Part shown: one piece after another, positions 1 through 15,663 of the stretch
Numbering within the stretch: position 1 is the stretch's first letter
Layout: every line of letters starts with the position of its first letter
Assembly (NCBI RefSeq): GCF_009914755.1
Contig: NC_060941.1
Strand: one strand, 5' to 3'
Origin: the human T2T-CHM13v2.0 reference genome, Homo sapiens
DNA: 64,000 nucleotides
The notes under the pieces: model-generated
What the model saw: the letters and a program-made list of their open reading frames with translations, nothing else
What the model was told of the DNA's origin: nothing
Database searches by the model: none
Program-made: the position numbers and the translations under genes

Positions 1-677
1 AGACATTATTTTCTGCATTACAAAGATAGAGAAACTGAAAATTAATGTGATTCATCCAAAGACATTCTCCAAGTAACACATACCCATGTGGAAAAAAAAT
101 TAATTAGAACAGAAGGCCTCATCATAGAAAGTAGCAGTCTTCCTCTACCTCCCTGTCCCCTTCCTTGGAGGAACTTTATACATGTATGCATACTTTTTTT
201 TGTAGGGCTATTGGTTTTCTCAGTATTACCCACACAGCTCCTGTTGACTCTGAACATTTTATTTCAAGATATTTTATGGTATAACACCTGCCTTCACCAG
301 AACAACTCGTAGTCCATCAAAGTGGTGGCCTCAGTTATCTGAGCATAGTCTCCAGCTTATAACAAGAACTTAGGATTATTTTCAGAATAAAAGTGGAATA
401 ATTACTGATAAAGTAACAAATATTCAACAACAGGTTTCTTTTTCTATAGTGAGATCTTTTGTGGGCCCCATAGCTGCCCTAAGGTTTACAGCACAGGGTA
501 ATAGAAGTACGAATGTCCCTGTTAGAATCAGGATTTTCCCAACTTTTTGAACCAGGGATTCTTTTTGGGAAAAAAAAAATATGGCCTTTCTAAAGTCCAG
601 CATCAATATATCAAAGGTAAAAAGAGCCAAAGATCATATATAGCACCTATAATATGAACTACAGGAAAGATTAACTT

Positions 678-899
678 GGGAGTGGACAGGCTTTTTCTGT
701 AAAGAGCTAGATAGTAAGTGTTTTAGGTTTTGTGGGCCAAACAGTACCCATTGCAACTACTCAACTCTACTGTTGTTGCACAAACATGGGCATAGATAAT
801 AGATAAATGAATGGGCATGGCTGTGTTCCAATAAAACTTTATTTATCAAAACAGTCAGAGGGCCAGTTTTGTCCAACAACAGCAGTTTGCAAACCCTTG
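678..899 (+). mobile_element. MER58A-like hAT-Charlie DNA transposon
   Basis: ttttctgtaaagagctagatagtaa...gcaactactcaactct...ggctgtgttccaataaaactttatttat...agtttgcaaacccttg resembles recalled MER58A consensus. Confidence 0.75.
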
Positions 900-2161
900 G
901 ATGAAAGTTTTCAGTGAAACCATGCCCAAATGACAAAATACCTATAAAATTTGCACAAGAAAAGGAAAGGCATATTAACATTCAGTGGCGTTCTTCATAA
1001 ACTCCAGTAACACAGGAATATCATGGAAGAAGGAATGCAGGATAAATCAAGATTGAGAGAAGATGCCTGGAGTTTTATGACGCAGTGTTGATAGTGTGAT
1101 GGCAGCGTTGGTGAGGAGCATCATGGTAGGATTGACTTGAGATATTTGGTGGAGAAGGGAGACAAAGGGTAACCAGAGGAGGCTGACAATCCTCATGTAA
1201 GTTCCTTTTTGCCCTCCACCATGGAGAAGACGTGTATATGTTTAACAGGAATGATTAAACCATCAGGGAAGCTAGAGACCAAGGTATCGTAAAGAGGTTG
1301 AAAGGTTTGCCTGCACAAGGAGAAGTATCATTTTTTATTTTAAGAGAGGAATGAGAGTTGAGTTGTCCCCAGTCCCTCAGTTACAATTTGTTTCCATTTT
1401 TAATGCTTTCATGGCACATTGATCTTCACCATCTCCCTCCTATATCACCTTCAGCCTTGCATCTTCATCTGTATGTTGGCCTTTCATTCTTGAGGGAAAG
1501 GGACCATGTCAATCATCTTTCCATCTTTGTATTTGGTGACCTCCAAAGAGAAGGTGCTCAATATCATTTCCACTTGAATTACAGATGAGAAACAAGGAAG
1601 CATCACATTCTCGACTGTATTACAGTATCAGGCCTATAGGGCTGCTTTATTCCCAGGACTTATCTTTAAGTTAAATTAAAAGGCATCTTAACTTAAGAGG
1701 TCACCTGGCAAGATGCCGGCCTACCAAGTGACCAGATGAGCATGAAATAGAGCAGACAGCAGTTATCCGTTCTGAGCATCTGCAGTCAAAGTATAAATGG
1801 AGATGGCCGATTTTCCTGAATAGAGCTGGGTTTGTGTTCAAGATAAATGGCCAGGCAAGGTGAGGTTTGATGATGAATGAATTGGGATTAGCATTGCAAG
1901 TGTGATGGAGAAAAGCTTTCTATTCCCAGCACTTAAAATCATTACTCTTGGTGAACATCTGCCATAATTAATCAATTCTCTCCTGTGTTTGCTCAGGGAA
2001 CACTGTTTGGACCTCAGTTTGAGCACTGATTTGAGTCTACCTTCTTGATCCATAGATGCATAAAGTCTGTCTTTCCACTGGCCTGTGATCCCTTTGAGAA
2101 CAGGGATTATTTTAATTAATGTTTGTATCACAGTGGTAACTCCAAAATTTCCCTACAGCAC

Positions 2162-2192
2162 CACACACACACACGCACACACACACACACAC
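2162..2192. repeat. (CA)n microsatellite
   Basis: cacacacacacacgcacacacacacacaca. Confidence 0.95.
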
Positions 2193-2204
2193 ATCCGTGT
2201 GTGT

Positions 2205-3404
2205 GCTATATAGAAATACATACATTTCCATATAGAATATAGAAATGCGTATATTTCCATATAGAATATAGAAATGCGTATTTTCCATATAGAATATAGA
2301 AATGCGTATTTTCCATATAGAATATAGAAATGCGTATTTTCCATATAGAATATAGAAATGCGTATTTTCCATATAGAATATAGAAATGCGTATATTTCCA
2401 TATAGAATATAGAAATGCGTATATTTCCATATAGAATATAGAAATGCGTATATTTCCATATAGAATATAGAAATGCGTATATTTCCATATAGAATATAGA
2501 AATGCGTATATTTCCATATAGAATATAGAAATGCGTATATTTCCATATAGAATATAGAAATGCGTATATTTCCATATAGAATATAGAAATGCGTATATTT
2601 CTATATAGAATATAGAAATACATATAACCAGTGCTATATAGAAATACACACACACACTTATATAGAAGTACATATATTTCTACATAGAATATAGAAATAC
2701 ATATATTTCTACATAGAATATAGAAATACATATATTTCTACATAGAATATAGAAATACATATATTTCTACATAGAATATAGAAATACATATATTTCTACA
2801 TAGAATATAGAAATACATATATTTCTACATAGAATATAGAAATACATATATTTCTACAGAGAATATAGAAATACATATATTTCTACAGAGAATATAGAAA
2901 TACATATATTTCTACATAGAATATAGAAATACATATATTTCTACATAGAATATAGAAATACATATATTTCTACATAGAATATAGAAATACATATATTTCT
3001 ACATAGAATATAGAAATACATATATTTCTACAGAGAATATAGAAATACATATATTTCTACATAGAATATAGAAATACATATATTTCTACAGAGAATATAG
3101 AAATACATATATTTCTACAGAGAATATAGAAATACATATATTTCTACAGAGAATATAGAAATACATATATTTCTACATAGAATATAGAAATACATATATT
3201 TCTACAGAGAATATAGAAATACATATATTTCTACATAGAATATAGAAAAACATATATTTCTACATAGAATATAGAAATACATATATTTCTACATAGAATA
3301 TAGAAATACATATATTTCTATATAGAATATAGAAATAAATATAACCAGTGCTATATAGAAATACACACACACGTGTGTGTGTGTATTTCTATATAGCACT
3401 GGTT
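2205..3404. repeat. AT-rich 29-bp VNTR in two blocks: ~13 x atatagaatatagaaatgcgtatatttcc, then ~23 x acatagaatatagaaatacatatatttct
   Basis: 29-bp periodicity read directly (tatagaatat at 2401 and 2430); a few 28-bp variants; blocks separated and terminated by aaccagtgctatatagaaat(ac)n. Confidence 0.97.
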
Positions 3405-3884
3405 TGGGGAGGGGCAATCTATGGTTTGGGGAGTGGCCAGGTGTTATAAGAAAAGTGTCTGGCCTGTGTTTGCGTTATAGACTCATTTTTACTTAGATTT
3501 TATGTTTTTTTTAGGTAGCTTTAGGTGGTAGATGATGGAAGAGTAGTAAATCTCTGGTGAGGCATCAGTGCACCAGAAGAGTCCCTAAAATGCCTTGTAC
3601 AAAATTGGTCTAATTGAGTATGTTGACATTTTGCTTGAATTTCTTTAAAATGTTAGGGGAATGGAGGAAATGCTCATCCAACCCAACTTTATCTTGTGAA
3701 GACTTGTTGTGCTTACAAGACATATTTTAATCAGTTCTGACAACCATTCCCTTCTAAGGATGGTGGATTCTATTTACAAGGGCCTGCCTTTAATGTTGCT
3801 GAGGGTGGGTATGTAGTTTAGGATTGAGTGTTTGGGCATGGCTGAGTCACTTTGCACAATAAAAGGAAGAGGCATGATGGTGCA

Positions 3885-4025
3885 TGCTAAGGACTGAATT
3901 CATGTTGAAGCTCTAACCCCCAGTGTGACTGCATTTGGAGATGGGGTGACTAAGGAGGTAATTAAGTTTAAATAGATCATAAGGGTGGGGCCCTGATCTG
4001 ATAGGATTAGCATCCTCTAAGAATA
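3885..4025 (+). mobile_element. MaLR LTR 5' fragment (MLT1A/MST-like)
   Basis: tgctaaggactgaatt...gttgaagctctaacccccagtgtgactgcatttggagatgggg...agggtggggccctgatctgataggattag. Confidence 0.65.
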
Positions 4026-4188
4026 CAAACTAGTGACCATTGATGGGCAGAAAGAAAGTGTGCACATATCCCCTAAAAAATATATACGCACACACACACA
4101 CATACACACACATCTATCCTCTGGTGACGTGATTGAAAATGGATTTTTAAGGGCAGAAATATATAAAGAACATTTAAGTCTATTTCTG

Positions 4189-4714
<526 letters not shown>

Positions 4715-4736
4715 TCAGATGCTTGATCCTTTAGGT

Positions 4737-5367
<631 letters not shown>

Positions 5368-6229
5368 TCTAGTTGCTGTCTTTTCTCACACTCTGTCACA
5401 GTACCTGACACCGAAGATCTTCTGGAGGACTCTGAGGACCCAGGACACAGTGGGCTGACAAGATGGAAGGAGAATCACCCAGGTAAGCTGCTCAAGAGAA
5501 CTGCCCAAGAAGGAAGATCTTTGAGTGAGCAAGAAATAAACCTTTATTTTTGTTTAGCCACTGAGATTTGGGAGTTGTTACAGGAGGTCATGTTGCTTAT
5601 CCTAATAACCCCCCTTTGCCATCTCTTGCCTCAGTGACAGATTCAATTAATTCTATATTGTTCACTAGGCTTTGTGGAGCTTAAGAAGGCCCAGAAGGGA
5701 AGGGCAAATACCTGGGCTATAATAATTTGTGTTAATTACTTTCTATATCAAAGTATTCTTGATATAGTTGAGAGTCTTTGGGAATGAGAAGACCATACTA
5801 AATCTTGCCTGGACTGCATCCAAAGGCTTTTTCTTCTATTTCAAACTTATCTCCAATGAATATGTACTAACACCTCATTTATCCACACAATTCCCCCATC
5901 TCCTTGACTACCTGCTGTATTTCTGGCAGTAGTTATTTGAAATTCATTGCATTTTTTTTCTCTAGTACATCCCTATCTCTTCCTCCATAAGTGAGCAGAT
6001 TGTATCATTTTCTATGTATCTATGATTTGTTTTCCCAAGTCAGTTCCTCTATTAATTTGTCATCAGTCTCCTCATTTACTTGAAACACCTTTGCATCACT
6101 GTGAATGTTTTCCCCCTTTTTCCCTCTCTCCCTTGCAGAGAAGGAGGCTCCCTATCCCCTGGACAAGTGGATTTCATTCTGTCTCCCTCCCCGCACAACC
6201 TCAACAGCACCTTTAACCCCTCCACATCT

Positions 6230-6539
6230 TTGTTGCTGTTGTTGTTGTTGTTTGTTTTGAGACCAGGTCTCATCCTGAACCCAGGCTGGAGTGCAGTGGC
6301 ACAATCATGGCTCACTATAGACTTAACCTCCCAAGCCCAAGCTATCTTCTCACCTTACCCTCCCGAGTAGCTGAGACCACCGGCATGCGCCACCATGCCT
6401 GGGTAATTTTTGTATGGTTTGTAAAGATGAGGTCTCTCTATGTTGCCCAGGCTGGTCTTGAACTCCTGGGCTCAAGCAATCCTCCCACCTCAGTCTCCTA
6501 AAGTGTTGAGATGACAGGCGTGAGCCACTGCACCCTGCC
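6230..6539 (-). mobile_element. Alu (AluJ-like) with (GTT)n-degenerated tail
   Basis: Antisense Alu with ctcctgggctcaagcaatcctcccacctcag; degenerate TSD taacccctccacatct/taacctttccacttct. Confidence 0.93.
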
Positions 6540-7214
6540 TAACCTTTCCACTTCTAATTGATTCTTTCCTTCTGCCTTCAATAATTCTATGATCATTCCT
6601 ATCTTTAAAGTGGAAAAACTCTACTAACTTATCAAACCTATGACCTTTCAGAGATTAAGATTTTTGACACAATGCTTGGTACACAGCCACCCTTTTTCAT
6701 GTACTGCTGTTTTATTTTGCTGCCAGTTATCAGTCTTACACCATTGCTGCAGATCTTGAGGTCACAGATGACTTCTTGGCTGGCAAATCAGTGGTTTTTC
6801 CTAACTCTTTAAGCCATCAGAACTCTGCAGTCCTTGACGTCTCGAAATACCATGTACCTTAGGTCTGGGGTAGTCCAACTTATTATGTACAACCTCAGAG
6901 ATCCTGTATGAAGTTGCTCATTAGCCATTGATTCCCTGTATTTACAGGCCAAGAAGAAATGCTGTATTAGACATGAACTTGAGTGTTGATTCAGGCAAGA
7001 AAGAAGTCTGTGTGGATTGCTAGGGTCGTCAGTCATCCAGCGTGCATATATGTATTCTTGTGAATTAAAGTGATGTAGACATTTAGCCACCTCTGTCAAG
7101 GCCAACTGCTTCAGAAAGTAGAGGATAAAAATGGTTGAGAGCAGCAGAAATTCCAGATATAAGGAAAACAACAAAGTAACTTATCAATATACCGCTATCA
7201 TAGTACTTACATAT

Positions 7215-7298
7215 TATTTGATTAAATCAAATGAAATAACCAATATTCGACATTTTTGGCCCACAAAAACAGCAATTGGTCATATGGTTCAATTTATT
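7215..7298. mobile_element. MADE2-like mariner MITE
   Basis: aaatgaaataaccaatattcgacatttttggcccacaaaaacagcaattggtcatatggttcaa resembles recalled MADE2. Confidence 0.6.
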
Positions 7299-7429
7299 AT
7301 AGAAAGTACCTGTTTTTTCTCATAGGCTGCATTTAAAGATCTGAAACTTACTCATATTTTATTTCTAGAGCTTAGTATACAGTGGGGTCAATGCATGTTG
7401 AACTGAATCAGAATTCAGTTCATAATGTA

Positions 7430-7600
7430 CACCAGAAAATTTGGGTTCAAGTCAGCTCTGCCACAATGGTCCATGCCAACTTAGATAAGTCACCTTCATC
7501 GGAGCCATCTTTTCTCATCTGCAAAATAGGGGTTTCTGCACTGTCTTCCTCAAATATTTTTTGTAAGGATCAAATAGCATTGTATATATGGCAGCATTGT
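7430..7600 (+). mobile_element. MIR SINE
   Basis: tgggttcaagtcagctctgcca...agataagtcaccttca...tttctcatctgcaaaatagg core. Confidence 0.7.
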
Positions 7601-7861
7601 GTGATCTCTAAAAAGCTATATATCTTTACATAGTTTATATCTAGGATTCACTCATTATAGAAACTTAAAAACTAACATTGAAATGAGAATAAACTACCAT
7701 TGTGGCTAGCTATGTTTTCCTATTTCATGGATGAATAACAGGATACTTACAAGGAACGTATCTCAGTTTACTCACACCTGTGATGTAGACCTACTCCTGG
7801 AACATGGATCTCCTGCTTACACCCTTTTTCTCTTCGAATTTTCCAGACCATTGACCTATTA

Positions 7862-8347
7862 TAGTTGACCCTTGAACAATGCAGGGAATAAGGTCACCCA
7901 TCCCCAGCACAGTTGAAAATCCACCTATAACTTTTGACTCTCCCAATACTTAGCCACTTGATAGTCTACTGTTGACTGGACACCTTACTGATAACACAAA
8001 CAGTTGATTAACACATTTTTCATATGTTATATTATATTATGTACTGTATTCTTACAATAAATTAAGCTAGAGTAAAGAAAACATTATTAAGAAAATTGTG
8101 TGGAAATTATATTTACTATTCATTAAATGGAAATTTATCAACACGAGTGTCTCATCCTTGTTGTCTTCATGTTGAGTAGGCTGAGAAGGAGGAGGAAGAG
8201 AGGGGTTGGTCTTGCTGTTTCAGAGGTGGCAGAGTCAGAAGAGGTGGAGGAGGTGGAAGGGGAGGTAGGAGAATTGCACTTGGTGTAACTTTCATTGAAA
8301 AAAGATCTATGTATAAGTGGAAATCCGTGCTGTTCTAGAGTCAACTG
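7862..8347 (-). mobile_element. Tigger2a-like TcMar DNA transposon
   Basis: TIRs tagttgacccttgaaca...tgttctagagtcaactg, TA flank, internal gaggaggaagagaggggttggtcttgctgt. Confidence 0.8.
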
Positions 8348-9929
8348 TAGTTACACACACCTTTTTCAGGTAGGGCTTTTAAAAAACTGCACTAGTTTTA
8401 TCTCCAACTGAAAACTTTTAGACCCTAAATAGCTTACAGGTAATACTTTTGGCATTGAAATATTCCATCGTCAGCTCTCTAAGTCTAAGGATGCTTCCAT
8501 TTACTACTTAGAGCTTTGCTCATGTCTTCCGCCCACCAAAGCACAGATCAGTTCCAGTCTCCAGTTTGCAAAAGATCTCCTGGACCTTTTCTGCTGCCTA
8601 GTCAAAAGCTTTTTGACTCAGTTCCAAATAATCCTTTCACCTTCATTTTATTAAAAGTATTTTATCATATTACAACCTTTCAAAAAGACATGAACTGCAA
8701 CAGGGAAATAAATAGAGCTAATCTATTTTATATCATCAAAGTCCTTAAATGATGAAGATATGAAATATCCATTTTTCTTTCTCTTCCTGTTCATCATTGT
8801 GCAGAAAGATTATTGAGGCTAATTGAAGCCTGTTTCATTTTTCTGCTATTGGATGTGGGTTTTAGCTGAAGTGGAATGAAACATATCATATATGAAGGGA
8901 GATTACTTTTACAAATTAAACCAATGTATCTTACTGAGTTCTATTTCCAGAAATGTGACCTTATTATACTTGATAATTAAAAATGAGAGCAATAAAGACA
9001 TGCTAGCCAACATGCCTTCTAAAAATGCCTGCTGGATTTGAATTAAGTTTGGTCTTGGCCAGTAAAATGTCACAAGGTACCCATCCCCTGTGGGGAACTG
9101 TGATGAAAAGCTCCTCATTGCAGCAGTTATTCCTGGCCACTCCAGATGAGATGCCAGCCTCCCTGTGTTCTTAGTAAATAAAAGGTTTTGGGGTATTCTT
9201 ATTGGTGTTATTAAAGAAGGAAGGGGAAGATACTTAATATGGCTGCCTCCAAGATGACAGAAAAGGAGGGAGAGAGAGAGAAAGGAAGGAAGACTTGAAA
9301 TCTTCATTTATTTTAAAGAGAAAGAATGGGTTGAAAAACAGACAAGAAACCTGAGGCCAAGGATGTGGGTGAGCTGGTGCAGGGAAAAGCTGACTTGGCA
9401 GAAGAAGTCAAGTAGAAGAGTGAGAATATCATGGATTATCTCATCCAAGGGAGGGAGACATCATGCTACGAAGTTCTAAGGACAGAAATTGAACATTTTT
9501 AGAACACCAGGAAAGAGGCTGGGAAGGGCAGAGTTGAGAGGATAAAGAAAAGGACTAAAGTCTTTAAAAGAGAAAAAGGTTGTTCAAATTTGCCGACTAA
9601 GCTGGACAATGCCAAACTCTTAACTCCATCGTTTCTTCTGGAATGGCTTCCCCTCATAGTTAAAATCCTGGGAATTATAATTATACATATAAAAAAGGGG
9701 TGCATTCAGGACAGCAGACCTTAGACTGCTAGTGTGCATACCTTAAAGCCAAGGAGGGGCTTAGACAGTGAAATGTAAGAGGAAAGCCCTGTGTTTCCAA
9801 GTCAAGTCTCCCATCTGGAGCCCCCGATGATTAAGAGTCTGGAACATGTTATCTCCAGTCTTCATTTATAGTTTCTCCTGGTAGGGGTAGTTAAAATGCC
9901 TTTACTCCTCTCTGTCCAGCTGGACTTGA

Positions 9930-10356
<427 letters not shown>

Positions 10357-10499
10357 ACATTGGTCATATTTTAAAACATCAAATGTCCAAAGATAGTCTG
10401 TGATCTTGCAGATGGATGAGATTTCAGATATCACCTCATTCATATTCAAACCATCCACAAGATGTGCTGCCCTTCATAGTGGACAACTTATAGAGGTAG

Positions 10500-10816
<317 letters not shown>

Positions 10817-11009
10817 AGATTGCCTACATTCTTATCCTGCTTACAAGCTGTGTCAGCTCAAGCAAGTTTTAAAAATTGTCGTTCATCTGTAAAATATGAA
10901 TATTAACAGCACCTACAGCAATGTAACATCACTGGCTATTTTCTGTCATGTAGAAAGCAGAGAGATGTAGCCCATAGTGATCATTCTGAATCTTTACAGG
11001 CATTTTACC

Positions 11010-11161
11010 CCTACCAGGATCACCAAGAAGCCTTGTTAAAACACATGTTGCTGACTCCCACCCTCTGTTTCTGGGATAGGGCCTGGAAATCAGCATTTGT
11101 AACAAGTTTCCAGGTGTCATTGATGCTGTTGGTCTGGATACCACACTTTGCGAACCACTAG
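11010..11161. mobile_element. MER5A-like DNA transposon
   Basis: gatcaccaagaagccttgttaaaacaca...gcatttgtaacaagtttccaggtg...accacactttgcgaaccacta. Confidence 0.7.
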
Positions 11162-11230
11162 TCTATAACAAGAAAGAAGAATAAAACCAACATATTCAAA
11201 AATCAAAGATAGATGCATGATAGAAGAAAA

Positions 11231-11345
11231 GGTAGGAAGGAAGGAAGGTAGGAAGGAAGGAAGGAAGGAAGGAAGGAAGGAAGGAAGGAAGGAAGGGAAG
11301 AAGGAAAGAAGGGAGGGAGGGAAGGAGGGAGGGAAAGAGAGAAAG
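11231..11345. repeat. (GGAA)n microsatellite / polypurine tract
   Basis: 11 consecutive GGAA at 11251-11294, 3 more at 11235-11246, then a GGGA-rich tail. Confidence 0.97.
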
Positions 11346-11819
11346 ATAACATATTCGGTCTTCCCCAGAGACATTCAATTTCTTCTTGAGGCTTAGCTGC
11401 TTCTCTTTTGGTTTTGGGAACTACCCCAAGATCATTCCATTCAAGTCCCTTTCTTGAGCTATTATAATTTGGTGTTTTTACAATTCAAAATATCATTAAA
11501 GTGTTCTTGATGGGCAATGCAGTCCCCTACTTGAAAAGCCAATTTCTCATACTTCATTTCAAACACCCAGAAAGTATCTATACCCATTCCCTGTATAAAC
11601 AAGAAGGGTCTAACCTCCAGAGTAAGATGAAGACTTTCAAACAAAGGTAAGAAGACTCTCCCTCCAGGTAGACATCATAGCTGAGCACAGCTCAGTGACA
11701 ACCGAGAAGATGAATCACAGACTTGAAAAATCAGTTAAAAGCCCACAGGATTTCCTATGCAGCCAGGATATGAGGTGCTTGTTAGCCCAACCCGCATTTG
11801 CAGTGCCACACTGTAGTCT

Positions 11820-12110
11820 GCTATGGTGGAACAGGCCTGGGCTTTGGGAGCCAGACAGACTTAGATGTGAGCCCCACCTTTGCCATCACCAGCTGTGTGG
11901 CCTCAGATAAGTTACTCAGCATTTCCAAGCTTCAGTTACCGCATGTGTTAAATGAATTAATAACAGTGTCCACTTGACAGAAATTACACAGGGTGCTTTC
12001 CACAGCTTACCAGTCGGTGGGATTACCAATTGATCAATCCCAAAGATTGATAAGCTGTGGAAAGCACCATTTATAACTCCTGGGCCATTTCTGGGAGGTG
12101 AAGATAAATC
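11820..12110 (+). mobile_element. MIR SINE interrupted by a hairpin sequence
   Basis: gggctttgggagccagacagac...agctgtgtggcctcagataagttactcagc...cttcagtt core. Confidence 0.7.
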
Positions 12111-12319
12111 ATATCATCATTGTTAGGACACAGTGGGAAGAGGAGGCCAAAAAGATGAACGTTAATGAGAAATGGTTACGCAGAATACAGAACAGTCACA
12201 GGTGTCTGTCAGGCAACATGGCCAGAGGGTTGACTGGGGCTTTTTCCATGACCCCTCCCCAGCTGCATCAAACTCTACTACAGGGAGACACAAGTGCAGG
12301 ACCCCAGCTCTCATTCTAA

Positions 12320-12622
12320 TTTTTTTTTCTCTTTTTGAGATGGAGTCTCACTCTGATACCCAGGCTAGAGTGCAGTGGTGCAATTTTGGCTCATGCAAAC
12401 TCTGCCTCCCGGGTTCAAGCGATTCTTCTGCCTCAGCCTCCCAAGAAGCTGGGACTATAGTCACGTGCTATCATGCTCGGCTAATTTTTCTTTTTGTATT
12501 TTTAGCAGAGACACGGTTTTGCCATGTTGGCCAGGCTGGTCTCAAACTCCTGACCTCAGGTGATCCACCCGCCTCAGTATCCCAAAGTGCTGGGATTACA
12601 GGTGTGAGCCACCACACTCGGC
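12320..12622 (-). mobile_element. Alu (AluS-like)
   Basis: Antisense Alu; TSD tcattctaatt. Confidence 0.96.
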
Positions 12623-14065
12623 ATCATTCTAATTCTTAATCTACTGCCTGACCCTCATTTTTTGTCAGTTTACTTCTTTCCACTCAGTAACTTCAATTCT
12701 TGGTCACAGCACAGAGTAACCAAAACTTTCCCTACCAGAGCACAATCACACCATGTCTGGAGAAAGCCCTGGTATTCCTGAGTTCCCCTTGTGAGGGCTC
12801 CAAAGCAGATGCCTCCAGAGATGTCTGATCCACCAGCCTGCTCACCAGCGTGGTGAGTGGAGTAGCAGAGGCCTCTCACCAGGGGTATTCCTGCTTCCTT
12901 TCGCCAGTCCTGGCCCCATCACAGGAAAGCCCTCTGCACCTATGACTGGGCCCCTCCAGCTGAGACCTACCAAGTGTAATGCTCCGGTAACTGAGCTGAT
13001 TTTTATGGAATAAACTTGCCAGGACATTGGCACCCAGATACATGCTGTCCTCTTTTAAGTGGGATCTATGTGAGGCTGCGCAGAACCAGGGATGTCATCT
13101 TGGTATAGATGTCTCCAACTCTGGAATTCTTTGAGCCGTCAACACTCACAGCGTGTCTTCCCTCTACAATACTGATATTGGTGGCAAATCTTCATTTGCT
13201 CCAAGTGGATTTGATTTTGAAAATAGCTAAGAGCTATTTAATACCAAGCCTTGAGAAGAAGGGTAATCAAGCAATTGAATAGCAGTTTGGGTAATAAACA
13301 AGTGTGACTTGGAGGTTGATTTTTCTGAGCATGGGCCATAAACCGATTCTGAGAGTAATCAGAAATGCAGGTATACAAGTGTTTCCACATGCCCTTTCTT
13401 CCCAAGTAAATGAGGTGTAAACTCATGAATGCTGAGGCCTACTGTGCACCAGACACTTTCCATATATAATCTTGTTAGAACCTCTCAAGAATTCTATGAT
13501 CAAAGTTTGCAAAGAGGAAACAGATCCCCAGAGCAATAACTTTTCAGTCTCACAGAAATAATAACCGGCAGAGGCAGGGTGAGACTTTAAGCTACCTGAT
13601 TCCCAAATACTCATGTGCTAGGACTTACTCAAAAGGCTTTGCACTCACCCAGAGCTGGGGACTTGATTCCTGTCTTGGCTGCCATCTTTTGGGTTTCATC
13701 CTCTCTTGCTGTCTGTTCTCTGAACCTCAGCTTCCCACTTGGCACCCTCCTGCTCTTTAAAACGTGAAGTCAGTATAACTTTGCCTAATAAAGTAAACCT
13801 TCAAAAAGCTCTGATAAAAATAATATTCACAGTGTTCAACTGGCAAGGTACCCCTACTTTTCTCACAAGTCACCCCAAAGCAACAAGGGAACAATAAAAA
13901 AAAAAAAAAAAAAAAAACAAGAAATATGGTCACAAACTCTGTCTTTCATGTAACCAGGAAATATCAGTAACTTAAAGTAACAGTACAGTTGGTTCTTGTT
14001 CATAGCAGCTATGGTCTACAAAGTCACTGCAAACGCTGAGTTACCAAATACTGAACCACTGTTAG

Positions 14066-14823
<758 letters not shown>

Positions 14824-14930
14824 TATATTGTTAATTCATTAACACTGAACTCATGGCCAACAGCATGATACTTCATGCCTGAACAAACGTTATCTAAACA
14901 CATGTATTTTTTTCTGTAAGGCATATCACA

Positions 14931-15663
<733 letters not shown>

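Noticed and set aside
1666-1696. 9-bp inverted repeat ttaagttaa/ttaacttaa
   Set aside because: Short and AT-only; expected by chance.
2112-2731. Three overlapping 144-192 aa ORFs
   Set aside because: Translations of the 29-bp VNTR; periodic and open in all three minus frames.
2205-3340. CRISPR-like periodicity
   Set aside because: Units are contiguous with no unique spacers, there are no cas genes, and the context is primate.
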